A DNA stretch of 63,277 nucleotides, counting the filler, from Octopus bimaculoides (lineage: Eukaryota): the NCBI RefSeq assembly GCF_001194135.2. It is 10 parts of 9 records of this genome, joined end to end, with 100 filler letters (N's around TTAATTAATTAA, not from the genome) between each part and the next. Parts side by side here need not be neighbours in the genome. Positions count along the whole stretch, not along the records: positions 26,444 to 29,063 come from NC_069006.1; positions 29,164 to 38,497 come from NC_068981.1; 8 more parts are not named here. One strand, written 5' to 3'. Under the pieces are notes generated by a model. It ran no database searches. It saw only the letters and a list, made by a program, of their open reading frames with translations, and was not told the DNA's origin. Of this stretch, positions 26,444-38,481 are shown piece by piece; position 1 is the first letter of the stretch; the number at the start of each line of letters is the position of its first letter. The translations under genes were made by a program, and so were the position numbers.

Positions 26444-26556
26444 CGAGAAAATTCCACTGATGTAAACATTTTTACGAAAAAGTGGAAAATGTGGATTTCT
26501 ATAAACTTTCAAAAAGGCTTCACACAGACACACAACTTCAGCTTTATATATTAAGA
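26444..26556 (-). mobile_element. Helitron-like 5' terminus
   Basis: Minus strand a|TCttaatatataaagctgaagttgtgtg, same family end as ~1890-1912. Confidence 0.5.
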
Positions 26557-26585
26557 TATATGTATGTATGAGTATGTGTAACAGT

Positions 26586-26616
<31 letters not shown>

Positions 26617-26656
26617 AATGTAGTAATTTTTATAAATGTATGTATATGTATGTATG

Positions 26657-27190
26657 TGACAGGGCATGACTTAGTGGTTAGGATATTCGGTTCACGATCA
26701 TAAGGTTGTGAGTTTGATTCCTGGTGGCGCATTGCATCCTTGAGCAAGACACTTTATTTCACATTGCTCCCATCCACTCAGCAGGCAAAAATGCATTGTA
26801 CCTGTAATTCAAAAGGGCCAACCTTGTCACATTCTGTGTCGCGTTGAATCTCCCTAAGCATTATATTATGGGCACGCATGTCTGTGGAGTGCTCAGCCAC
26901 TTGCACATTAATTTCATGAGCAGGCTGTTCCATTAATCGGATCAACTAGAACCCTTGTCGTGGTAACCAACGGAGTGCCAACTGTGTATATATATATGTA
27001 TGTATATATATATGTGTGTGTTATAGTCTCCTTATTGGTATGATAGGTGTAGTAAACAAGTGTCACTGTCATACAAGCAGTGCCTTTTATTTCCAATCTT
27101 CTGTGAGAACCTAGTCATGGGGTAATATTCCCTCTGTTCAAAATGGTATGAATGTTAGAAACAGGAAGGACATCCAACCATCTACAGAAA
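26657..27190 (+). mobile_element. tRNA-headed SINE (family C)
   Basis: tgacttagtggttagg...gagtttgattcc head followed by a ccttgagcaagacacttta core motif. Confidence 0.7.
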
Positions 27191-28905
27191 ATCTACCTCA
27201 ACATATTTACAAATGTTTCTATCACTGTGTTTTTTAATTAAACTCATCATTATTGTTTTAATGTCCACTTTTCTATGCTTAAAAGGGTCAAATGGAATTC
27301 ACTGAGGCAGATCTCTTTCTATGGCTGGATGCCCTTCCTGTTGCAAACGCTCACCTGTTTCCAAGCAAAGCAATCTTTCTTCATAGCCAGACATGTTTCT
27401 ATGGAACCAACAAATTAATCAACCATTTGCTTAATTTGTTGGTTTAACAATCAATTAGTTATTTGTCAAAGTCCTCTAATCATTAGTCATGACCTCATCA
27501 ATAACATGTCCTGTCTCCTCCAAGTCTATTTTCAGTCTGTCTATCTATCGATCAATCAATCGATCAATTGATAAATATGTATACACTTACAACAGGCTTC
27601 TTTTAGTTTCTATCTACCAAATCACCTCACAAGGCTATACTCAGCCTGGGGTTATAGTAAAAAAACACTTTCCCAAGGTGCTGTATAGTAGGCCCGAACC
27701 CAAGAGCACATGACTGGGAAAGCAAGCTTCTTAACCACGCAGCCACACCTAGGCAGTGTGGTTATTGTTCTAGACTATGCGCTCTAAAAGTTACATAGTT
27801 ACAAACAGTGTGCTGGTTGTTATAGAAAATGTGCTACGTAGGTTGTGTTATATTTTGTGAGTGGTAATTGTATAGAATGCAAGCTGTGTGGCTGAATCAT
27901 TGATGATATAATATTTAGTGTCCTATTGTTATTATCTATTTATTATTAATGTGTTTCTATATTGCAATAGTTGATCCCCATGTTTTTACTCCAAGTAAAT
28001 ATCTCCCACTGGCTTTGTTCCGTATGTGTTTCCCTTCTCATTAAGTTTTTCTTTTCATTTTTTCTTTGTTCTTTTGGAGGTTTTTTTTCACTTTATCCTT
28101 ATAATGAATATCCTAAGCATCTGGGTCCTTGTAACCAATCACAAAAAAAAAATTGTCGTTATCATCATTAGCATCATCATAACTATTATCCTTATTATCA
28201 TTATTAACAAGGTGGTAAGCTGGTAGAATAGTTAACAACCTGGACAAAATGCTTCGTGGTATTTCATCCATCTGTACATCCTGAGTTCAAATTCTGCTGA
28301 GATCTACCTTGGGTTTTATCGTTTTGGGGACAATAAAACAAGTACTAGTTGAGCACTAGGATCAATGCAATTAACCCAGACCTTTCCCCTAGAAATTGCT
28401 GGCCTTGTGCCAAAATTTGAAATCACTATTATAATAACTGGCAGAAGCCATTAGCATACCAGACAAAATGCTTAGAAATCTGTCTTTACATTTTGAGTTC
28501 AAAATCCACCAAGGAAGACATTGCCTTTCATACTTTCACCACCACCACCATAATAATAATAATAATAATAATCTTATCTACTATAGTTACAAGGCCTGGA
28601 ATTTCTGAGGGGTGGGGGCTATTTGATTACAAATAACCCCAGTGCGGAACTGGTATTTTACCAGTTGAGTACCGGGTCAATATAATCAACTTACCCATTC
28701 CACAAAAATTCCAGACCTTGTGCCTGAAGTAGAAAGTATTATTATTATTAAGGCAGCGAGCTGGCAGAATTGTTAGCATGCCGGGCGAAATGCTAAGTAG
28801 TATTTCATCTGCTGCTATGTTCTGAGTTCAAATTCCACTGAGGTCGACTTTGCCTTTCATTCTTTCAGAGTCAATTAAATAAGTACCAGTTATGCATTGG
28901 AATCA

Positions 28906-28937
<32 letters not shown>

Positions 28938-28938
<1 letters not shown>

Positions 28939-29063
28939 TTCCTATCTCCGTGTCGGCCGGGAGCGGGCAGTGGAGGTACTGCGGTGCTATTTCGGAAAGG
29001 CCTAGACTTGAAAATAAGGGCAGTCTTCCTGGATCCGGAAGGTAAGTTGGAGGTCCTGGACGT
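28938..29063 (+). mobile_element. Tx1/L1 APE endonuclease fragment
   Basis: FLSPCRPGAGSGGTAVLFRKGLDLKIRAVFLDPEGK, closely matching ~60893-61016 on the minus strand. Confidence 0.85.
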
Positions 29064-30296
29064 NNNNNNNNNNNNNNNNNNNNNNNNNNNNNNNNNNNNN
29101 NNNNNNNTTAATTAATTAANNNNNNNNNNNNNNNNNNNNNNNNNNNNNNNNNNNNNNNNNNNNATATATATATATATATATATATATAATTATTTGCTGA
29201 TACATACATATTAATACATATATATTTATACACATATGTAATGATACATGTTTGAATACATACGTAATGCAGAATTTAAGTACAAACAGTAATAGAAAAC
29301 ATACGTACATAAGTGCAAAGGAACATAAATGTTATGCAAAAAGCTCAGTATGTTTCTGTTTTTTTATCTTCTCCTATTGACTTAGGTTTAATGTGGATTC
29401 AGATGGTACGTAGCCTATCACTCCACGTGTTTATTGAAAAAGGAGTATCGACCGCTTGTAATACAGATGCTAGCCTTGAGTGTTTGCAGGCACGAAAGTT
29501 TGAATGTATGTACGTATGTGTTTGTGTGTGTGTGTATGTATGTATGTATGTATGTATGTATGTATGTATGTATGTATGTATGTATGTATGTATACACGCG
29601 AGCGAGCGCACGCATACACACATATATGAACATGCAAACACATACAGGCTTTCGTGTTAACAAACATAAATGTATACACATGCAAATAATATACACACGC
29701 ACACACACATACACATACATACATACATACATACATACATACATACATACATTCATACATACGCGAAGAATTCATAAAAAATTTTTTAAGGGTTCTGTAA
29801 TTTTAGGTGCTATTTTGTATGCGAATTTAATATTAAGTGGAAAAAAATTATCAACAGTACCTCTTAGGTCTTCTCAGTGAGTTAACTGAGAGATTCAAGA
29901 TGGAAAATGTACGATATTCAGAGAGCACATGGTAGATTGGTATTTCATGTTTAGGGTGCGTATGCGTAAAATTCACTGGAAATCTATTTATTAGTAGAAA
30001 GACAAGGAGACATTAATATAAATAGCGATAGTATTGACTGTGGTCTAAGGAGAATTATAGCTATCAGCATTATTGCCATTTTAGTGTCCACTTTCCCTTG
30101 CTTGCCTGGGTTGGTTGGAGAGAGATTATTGAGGCAGATTTTGTATGGTTTTCTGCCACCAAGCCTTTCTTGTTTCCAAGCAAGGTAATATTTCCCAATG
30201 GCAAAACATGTTCTAACAGAATACTGGAAAGGAAAAGCATTCATTTATAACATTACGTAATGTTAAGACAAAGAGGTACAAACACACACACATATA

Positions 30297-30825
30297 CAGT
30301 GGGTGGAAGTAGTGGTTTTCTGATTGCAGTCCTCCCGTGAAATCTGGCTTTGTACAGCTCCTGGCGAACAGTTTTTGTGGAAACTGGGTTCCCGAGGTTG
30401 TCATTAAGCTCTGCAGTAATTTTAGGAGCTGTACTTTTGTGATCCTTTCTAACAATTCGCTTAGGCGTTTGGTTTTCTTCTGGAGTTTTATTTCGACGAG
30501 GAGGTTTTTCCCTCTTTCTCAAAGGCTGTCATTACTTTCGAGACTACTTCTTGATACACCAAACATTTTGGCTGTTTTCGTTACGCTAGCACCTGCCGTA
30601 CAAGCACCAACAATTTGACCTGTTTGAAAGTCCGATAGATCTGTCATTTTAATGAATTTTAATTACCTTTTTCTGATGATATCTGAAAAGAAACAGCAAT
30701 TTTAGCAAAACATATTAAGCAACACTAATAATAAACCAAAAAACATAAAATTAAACAAACTTTTGACGGTTTTACAGATATTTCAAAATTATGATGTGTG
30801 TTTCCATTATTTTGTCCAACCCCTG
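30297..30825 (-). mobile_element. Internally deleted Tc1 element (HTH part of the transposase)
   Basis: IVRKDHKSTAPKITAELNDNLGNPVSTKTVRQELYKARFHGRTAIRKPLL. Right TIR ttccattattttgtccaacccctg|TA; left end TA|cagtgggtgga matches the TIR start caggggttgga at 9 of 11 positions. Confidence 0.85.
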
Positions 30826-31019
30826 TATATTATATAAATACACATAGACAACAGTCCGCTTTCAGTTTTTGTCTACCAAATCCACTCACATGGCTTTGTT
30901 TTGGCTCAGATGTATAATAAAAGACACTTGCCCAAGGTGCCATACAATGTGACTGAGCCTGAAACTGTGGTTGGGAAGCAAACTTAACTACACAGCTATG
31001 CCTATTTATATAATTTATT

Positions 31020-31463
31020 TGTATAGGATTTCTTCATATAAATCAAAAGATTTTTTAACTTCTAACACGTGAGAATCCAACATGCAATTGTCCATGAGAA
31101 ACAGGCCTCCTTTAATCGCACACCAGTTACTGATAATGTCTGTCCTTGCGATTTGTTGATGGACATTGCAAAACTTAGTCTACCTGGAAATTGTACTCTT
31201 TAAAATTGTATTGGTAAATCAATAGGTATTAATGGAATTCTAGTGAATTCTAGTGAATACATTATCACCTGCTCCACGTCCAGAGAGTACGGTTGCTTCT
31301 ATAACATGTGGCATCATTTTCTTTACAATAAGTCTTACTTCATTGCAGAATCTAAATTTCTTGGAAGCATTATAGGTGCTAGGTGAACCTGGTGATCCCA
31401 GTGAATTAAAAATTTTAACTGGATAATTTACTATTTCTGATTGGTCAACAACAGTGTCAATAA
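31020..31463 (-). mobile_element. Helitron PIF1-helicase C-terminal fragment
   Basis: IDTVVDQSEIVNYPVKIFNSL...RLIVKKMMPHVIEATVLSG...RVQFPGRLSFAMSINKSQGQTLSV...FS(H)GQLHVGFSRV. Confidence 0.9.
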
Positions 31464-31917
31464 AAACTAATTTTACATGCGCATCGGAGAACTTGATCTA
31501 CCTAATTACATGCTCTGGATGCAAACGGCAATATATTGGATACACTAAAAACAGCCTACGTCAGAGGATGGCGGTACACAAACCCCACGTTAGGATCCCG
31601 GAAAACAGGAAAATACCTCTCAGCCAGCACATCGACGTATGTGCTTACAACAAATTTCCCAAATTCACAACGTTTCCACTATACAAATTCAAAGACAATG
31701 CTAGCCAAAATGAACGCATTAGCAAGGAAATATTTTTTGTAAGAAAATACCGACCAAGTCTAAATTCTCTAAACTAGCAACACTGAGACTTTCATATATA
31801 TTTTATATATTTATATGTAGATTTGCAAGTTATTCATAAGAAATAAACAAAGGGGATCGAAGAACCCGATTTCTATTAAAACCATAGGGGAAACAACTTC
31901 ACCACGACGACTCCTAT

Positions 31918-31967
<50 letters not shown>

Positions 31968-32330
31968 TTGTTATTATCATTACTGCTGCTGGTTATTCGA
32001 CGGCTACAACCTCTCCTACAAAAAAGTCTTGACCACTATTTAATATACAAAAACAGATAGTAGTAATCTACTATCACAGTGAGTTGGAATTACCATGCTT
32101 TCAAAAGGGAACGAAAGGACCACGTGCGCATGCAAGAAGTAACAGTAAACTGTGAATGTCATTCTTAATTTTAATTCCAATTTTATTTTATTAATAGCCC
32201 TCTTCTTTTCTCACATATTTTATACTCATTTTTGATAAGGTTTTTCAAAAAACCGAAACATGTAAAGTAAATAAATTAAAACACCCAAAAAAATATTTTT
32301 TTTAAAGTGGTATTTTCATTTTTATTTCTC
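31458..32330 (+). mobile_element. 5'-truncated Penelope-like element: GIY-YIG ORF end plus terminal repeat
   Basis: NFTCASENLIYLITCSGCKRQYIGYTKNSLRQRMAVH...KEIFFVRKYRPSLN*, followed by a degenerate HHR at 32228-32268. Confidence 0.9.
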
Positions 32331-32510
32331 NNNNNNNNNNNNNNNNNTACTTGTATGCTGTCAACTTAATGTGACAGTCCCATGAAGGGAATAATACTAC
32401 TGCTATTTAGCCCTAGGAAGCAGCACCTCTTCCTGTCGGCCTTGACACATTTCCTGTGTCCTTATGTTTACAAGAGGGAGCTAAGCACCTCCACTTAGCT
32501 AAGCCTGCAT

Positions 32511-32551
32511 CCAGAGGAATGTTTCTGAGTCTTTGCTCATCATCAGTCTGG
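32511..32551 (-). ncRNA. Minimal type-I hammerhead ribozyme motif
   Basis: CCAGA-CUGAUGA-UGAG caaaga CUCA-GAAACAUU-CC-UCUGG; the helix III/cleavage triplet is mutated in this copy. Confidence 0.7.
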
Positions 32552-32899
32552 AGTAGCAATGGCCTGCTAGCTGGAGATGCTTGTCAAGCTCTCGTAAACA
32601 TATAATAATTCTAGTGAAACACATTCACTGATTTCAAAAATAGAAATAATACATTTCTAAATCTCTCAGAGAGATTTATGCAGTAGTGAAGCGATAAAGT
32701 AGTTGTATGCTGTCAACTTAATGTGACAGTCCCGTGAAGGGAATAATACTACTGCTATTTAACTCTAGGAAACAGCACCGCTTCCTGTCGGCCTTGACAC
32801 ATTTCCTGTATCCTTATGTTTACTAGAATTATTCCACTAGAATTATTATATGTTTACGAGAGCTTGACAGGCATCTCCAACTAGCAGGCCATTGCTACT

Positions 32900-32940
32900 C
32901 CAGACTGATGACGAGCAGTGACTCAGAAACATGTCTCTCG
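32900..32940 (+). ncRNA. Minimal type-I hammerhead ribozyme motif
   Basis: CCAGA-CUGAUGA-CGAG cagtga CUCA-GAAACAUGUC-UCUCG, with palindromic ACAUGU helix III and a GUC cleavage triplet. Confidence 0.75.
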
Positions 32941-33242
32941 ATGCAGGCTTAGTTAAGTGGAGGTGCTTGTCTCCCCCTTGTAAACATAAGGACACAGGAA
33001 ATGTGTCAAGGCCGACAGGAAGCGGTGCTGATTCCTAAGGCTGAATAGCAGTAATATTATTCCCTTCATGGGACTGTCACATTAAGTTGACAGCATACAA
33101 CTACTTTATCGTATCACTACTGCATAAATCTCTCTGAGAGATTTAGAAATGTATTATTTCTATATATATATATATACATTTATACATATGTATATACATA
33201 TGTACAAGTATATATATATGTATGTATATATATGTGTGTATG

Positions 33243-34488
33243 TGTGGTTAGCCAAAAAGTATGTTCGATTTTTGTAATCACTAAACGTCAAGCACTACAT
33301 TTAGGAAGCTGACTTCAGTCTATCTCTCGAGCATGTGCACTCGTTAGATATTTAGTACTTCAATATAGTTCGGCGCAAACCTGGGATCACTCGAAAATGG
33401 AGAGTCAAAGAGAACAGAATCGACATCTTATACTGTTTTTTTTATATATTTTAAAACAGGCAAGAAAACGGTGGAAACCTGGAGTAACATATGCAATATG
33501 TACAGGGAGGTTGCTGTTGCGGAACGTGTGTGCCAGACCTGTTTTCAAGATTTCGATTGAGAAATTCTTCGATTTAAGATGCATCTCACTCTGGCTGGTA
33601 ACTGAGATTAGCAACGACAAAATGAAGGAGGTAGTTGACACCAGACCCCGTCATACGACCAGGATGGTCGCAGATATTCTCCAGATGTCCAAATCGAGTG
33701 TTGAAAAACTAAGTGCATCAGTTTGGTTTGTCAGTGGGCTCGATGACTGGGACCCACAGCAATTGAATGAGACTAATCTCGTCCAACGAATTTACATCTG
33801 TGAGTCGTTGCAGAAACGTGAGGAAAACGATCCTTTTCTAAAAAGTGTAGTGAGAGGGGACGAAAAATGGATCGTTTATAAGTGCAAACGATCATGGGAG
33901 AAACGCGGCGAACCACCACAAACAACATCCAAACATCCAAAGGAAATTTTCACTAGAAGAAGGTTATGTTTTCAATTTGGTTGGATTGGAAGGGTATTAT
34001 ATTCTACGAGCTTCTTCCCGCAGACAAGACCATCAATTCGGATGTGTACTATGACCAATAAATTAAACTCAGCGATCCACCAGAAGCATCCAGCATTTGC
34101 TAATCGTAAGGATATTGTCTTTTATCACGACATTGCAGACACCGCACTTGTTTGCAGACGCGACAGAAGTTACTGAGTCTTGGTTGGGAAGTTTTGCCGC
34201 ATCCTCTATATTCGCCTGATTTTGAGCCTTCATATTTCCACCTATTATGCTCTCTTCAAAATTCAGTGAATGGCAGACCTTCATCTCTGAAAAGGATGTA
34301 AAAAATTCAGCTGAAAGAGTCTTTAGCCAGAAAAGATAGGAAATTCTTTGAATAGGGAATAATGGATTTGACCACAAGATGGCAGAAGATACTGGACCTA
34401 AACGGTAACTATATTAGTGATTGAATAAATCACTTTGTGTTTAAAACTTTCGATTAAAAAACTGAACGGACTTTTTATTCAACCCAAT
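33243..34488 (+). mobile_element. Full-length decayed mariner (Hsmar1/cecropia-like)
   Basis: Imperfect TIRs; transposase with VRGDEKWIVY, FYHDIA and a YSPD-like motif; multiple frameshifts. Confidence 0.9.
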
Positions 34489-34500
34489 GTGTGTGTGTGT

Positions 34501-34531
<31 letters not shown>

Positions 34532-34611
34532 CAGGCATGCAAATCATTACATATTTATTTGGGTGTTTTAAACTTTATGTGCATGTACATATCTGTACAT
34601 ATGAGTGTGCA

Positions 34612-34817
34612 TATGTAAGAAGTGGTACTGTAAAGTTCCTGGCTTTAAGTTGTAACACGAAAGGCCTGACTGGATGTCCAAACTACCGAGTTCTTTTACA
34701 GGTCTTAGAAAAGCTGCAGGACCGCTGCAATAAGTGTATGGATCTGAAATCATAATTAACTGATTCTCCTGTATTTTCTTTTACCCAAAGCCAGGCACTT
34801 TTCAGCACCCTTTTGTA
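34612..34817. mobile_element. Mariner-derived MITE
   Basis: Left ggtactgtaaagttcctggcttt matches the reverse complement of the right end, gggtgctgaaaagtgcctggcttt; ends in TA. Confidence 0.65.
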
Positions 34818-35504
34818 TACATAGTATAAAGTAAACTTCTATTTTCACAATTCTATTAATGGAAACTATAATTTCCTAATTAGCTGGGACCTTTCTTATT
34901 ATCTGAAGCACAACTACAAATTTATATTGAAGCCTCAGTTATAGCAGGCATAGATTTGAAGTGATAGCTCTATGGTAATATTTGCAGATGTTCCATTAAT
35001 GGAGAATAGATTTTTTTCTTTCTCTTTGTCATTAACATTATGTTAACATTTATTATCTTTAGCATAAGGCCAGATGATTGTTTAATCATTATATTTTACA
35101 TAATGCTGACGTTTCTTTCTTTTAACTTTGAAAATAGATTTCCACAACTGTGCTTATTTTTCTTTTCTCTATCTTAGGTCAGTATGCCCTAACTGTTGAA
35201 TGTATAGATTACAAAGGTTTTGAAAGAATCAATCAATTACTTTCATATTATATTTGAGATTGTCTCCTACATCGCTATAATTTCTTATATTTTGTTCTTC
35301 AAGATTCCCCCTCCTAAATATTGCATTGTATAGTGTTTTTGGCCATTACATTATGTTCCATAAATAAATAGTCATGTGATAACATTTTCAGAACATCAGA
35401 GCTGGTTGAGAAAATTTGCAAGTCTATTCTCTGAATGAAGACCGTCGTGTGTCTGTAAAGACAATATGCACATAATTCTACATTTAAGAGATGAGGAATT
35501 ATGT

Positions 35505-35800
35505 ACATCATTTACATTATTTACATTTGACGGATATTTGTCCTCATTTTGTTTGTTGTTAAATCAACGTTTCGGCTGACATACCCCCCAGCCTTCATCA
35601 GGTATCTTGGGGAAATTTCGAACCTGAGTTCTCATTTTTAAGGAATTTTTCGATGTTGTTGTTGTTGTTGTTGTTCTTCTTCTTCTTCTTATTATTATTA
35701 TTTAGGTCACTGCCTGGAATCGAACTCGGTATCTTGGGGTTAGTATCCCGCGCTCTTAACCACCAAGCCATATGCCATGGGCAAATGTAAATAATGTAAA
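35505..35800 (-). mobile_element. PLE terminal repeat with a tRNA-like head (35704-35775), an (AAT/AAG/AAC)n tract and an HHR (35562-35606)
   Basis: The head is nearly identical to 36151-36222, which lies directly after a PLE ORF. HHR core CUGAUGA-AGGCUG..CAGCC-GAAACGUU. Confidence 0.75.
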
Positions 35801-35809
35801 TAATGAATA

Positions 35810-36126
35810 TGCGCATAGATTGAAGTTAGTGCAACAACTATACACAAAATTACTCATGAAGATCTGAATATGCGCAAAATTTGTGAAAAGTTTGTTCTGA
35901 GGGTTAGTCAATGACGAACAAAAGGAAAGACGAGTTAATAGCAGCTGGGAGCTGGTTGAGCTCATTACCTCCTATCCAAGAGTACTTAAGTCTCTGATGA
36001 CAAAAGCTGAATTTACTTTTGTAATCCAGAAAGGTAGTGTGCCGCATGGAAGCATCCTGGCTATTCCAGTCCCAAAACCAGACAAAGCAAGTCCTCTTGG
36101 AAGTTAATGATGATCCCCTTTTTCGA
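35810..36126 (+). mobile_element. Internal mariner transposase fragment
   Basis: EDLNMRKICEKFVLR...DEQKERRVNSSWELVE...WKHPG...RQSKSSWKLMMIPFFD; no TIRs. Confidence 0.8.
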
Positions 36127-36790
36127 CATCTATTATTATCATTATTATTCAGGTCACTGCCTGGAATCGAACTCGGAATCTTGGGGTTAGTAGCCCGCGC
36201 TTTTAATCACTACGCCATATGCTTGTGGGCAATTATGGAATGAAGTTTAGAGCTTATAAATCTAATATTTTCCTATCCTTCTTTAATAGCGAGTTTCCAT
36301 ATGCACTCGGTCTGCTTAGGAGATTGTTGTGTCCTAGCATATGTACTGCTTGTTTTAGTTTTCGCATTTTCCAGTGGTGTTCTCTGTCTATTATTCTAAC
36401 TTCATCCCGCAGGAGGAGGTGGTCTCCATTTTTCCATACATGATCAGCTATACTCGATTTATCAATATCTCCACGTATCTCAGCCTTGTGATGTTCCTCT
36501 ACTCTTATTTTGAGGGGGCGACATGTTTCGTCTTTGTATAACATACCACAGCTGCATGGGATAGAGTACACGCAGTTTTGGGTAATATTCTCTTCTATTG
36601 GTGGTTTTACTCGACGGAGATATTTGTGAAATGTATTATTCTTGAATACTGTCCTGATGTCATACGGGCCGCATATCTTTTGTATCTTTTAGGAGAGGCC
36701 TTTCACATAGGGTAGACAGACTGTGGACAGCTTATTGGTTTCATTCTCTCTTTTCTTCATAACTGGCGTGGATAGTATGGTTTTGGGGTA
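36127..36790 (-). mobile_element. Penelope-like element 3' part (linker plus GIY-YIG) followed by a partial terminal repeat
   Basis: STVCLPYVKGLS*KIQKICG...NCVYSIPCSCGMLYKDETCRPLKIRVEEHHK...SSIADHVW. Confidence 0.88.
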
Positions 36791-37900
36791 GAAAATAACA
36801 TTCATATGAGAATTTGCATTAAAATGTCCTATTGATTCGTGAAATTCGATGCTGATTAAAAATTATCGATTTTTTGAAATTCCAAGTGCGTAAGTGACCG
36901 CATGGGCATAAGCCTCACACGTGTCAAGTTTCATCAAGATCAGTAGGATAGTTTTGGAGGAGTTAAAGTAACAAATTCAAAAACACGCGCGCGCGCGCAC
37001 AATGATGGACAAGAAGTCCTGACTTTCTTAAATAAGTTGAGGCCCACATGAGAGTATCCCTTGTTTTAAAAGACTGATATAAGATCCTGAACCTTCTATA
37101 AGAGTTAAGGTTCATGAAGTAACTTAACGCAAATCTGAACTCCAAAAGTATTCGCAAGTTAAGAGGGCGTGTACTGATAAGTTAAACCTTGCATATAAGT
37201 AGTAGTTAGTATAAATGCAGTTTGATTGTCAGTATATCTATGGTTGTGCATGAAATACTGAATAGAAAATGCTTGAGAAATAAAATGCACTTACCTATTT
37301 AAAATTTGAAACGCTGAGGAATCAAATAACGAATTGAAATAATAAGTTTTAGCAAATGACAACGATTCGTATTGAAATGCAGAATTAGCAAATGCTAATG
37401 AGATTAATAAGATGTCTGCTTATACCCATCAAACATTTTTCGTCGAATTTCGGCATTTTTCGTCAAATTGAAATCTATATTAATGGGTAGGACCAATTTG
37501 ATGAAAAAAATGGCCAGAGTCTGGTAGTGAACCCGTGTCGTCGTCATTTTTGTGCATATGCGTAAACAATTTATTTGTCTCAACCCATTCTTAGCGCATA
37601 TTCCATCTGTGTATAAAATTTCAAGAAAATAGGTTAAAAACTTTAAAAGTTATGGCAGAAAATAACATACATGTGAGAATTTGCATTGTCCTACTGATTT
37701 TTGAAAAATCGATGGTGTTTAAAAATTATTGATTTTTTGTTTTGAAATTTCAAGTCCGTAAGTAACCGCAAAGGTATAACCCCCACACACACACACACAC
37801 ACATGTCAAGTTTCATTAAGATCGGTTGGATAGTCTCGGAGGAGCTAAAGTAGCAAATTCACACACACAGCCACAATCAGATAGATATTGCTATTTATGT
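36790..37900 (+). mobile_element. Two related non-autonomous repeats (~36790-36990 and ~37640-37890), possibly Helitron/Helentron-derived
   Basis: Shared gaaataaca..catatgagaatttgcatt...tgtcaagtttcat.aagatc.gt.ggatagt..ggaggag.taaagt. The family assignment is an inference. Confidence 0.5.
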
Positions 37901-38066
37901 GTGTGTGTGTGTGTGTGTGTAGTAATATAGGTATATAAAGGTTGAATGTGGATTCGTCCTTTAATTGGAGGTTTCTAAAAAAGATTTCTAATGTTGATTC
38001 TTTATACTTTGCTCGGAGTTTACTGGCGTAAATTTGCGAAGATATGAAAGTAGTACTTTTATATAA

Positions 38067-38481
38067 TGTATGATGAATTTATGGAAAGACGTTCCATAAA
38101 TCCCATCACATTCGTTAAAAATGGAGGAAGCAAGTTGTTAAAATTTATAAAAATAAATATCATCGTACTCTTCAGTGCAGGAGGGAAAGAAACCATAATA
38201 CAAGGAACTTAAAAAAGAATAGAGCAGAAAAAATTGAATCTTGGAGAGAACTGCTCTATTCTTTTTTAAGTTCCTTGTACTATGGTTTCTTTCCCTCCTG
38301 CCCTGAAGAGTACGATGATATCTATTTAATTTAATTCAATCATGAATTTATATTATTATATCTTTGTATGAAACGATCGTCTGCAAGAATTAAACTTCTT
38401 ATAAATTTCAACAACTTGTTTCCTCCATTTTTAACGAATTTGATGGGATTTATGGAACGTCATTCCATAAATTCAACATAC
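38067..38481. repeat. Long fold-back (arms 38067-38227 / 38251-38481) containing an HHR at 38297-38387 (+)
   Basis: The arms are near-perfect reverse complements, except that the right arm has ~73 nt extra carrying the GAAA half of the HHR. Confidence 0.8.

Larger units (their letters stand above)
32348..33162. mobile_element. ORF-less ~330-nt HHR-containing unit in direct (32348-32615, 32641-32823) and inverted (32836-33162) copies
   Basis: Long near-identical blocks read directly, e.g. ttgtatgctgtcaacttaatgtgacagtccc twice on + and once as reverse complement. Confidence 0.85.

Noticed and set aside
35704-36222. Two tRNA-like sequences considered as tRNA genes
   Set aside because: No acceptor stem and a weak anticodon stem (3 bp, ACT). 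They are repeat-borne Pol III heads; the SINE heads at 21077 and 26657 were rejected likewise.
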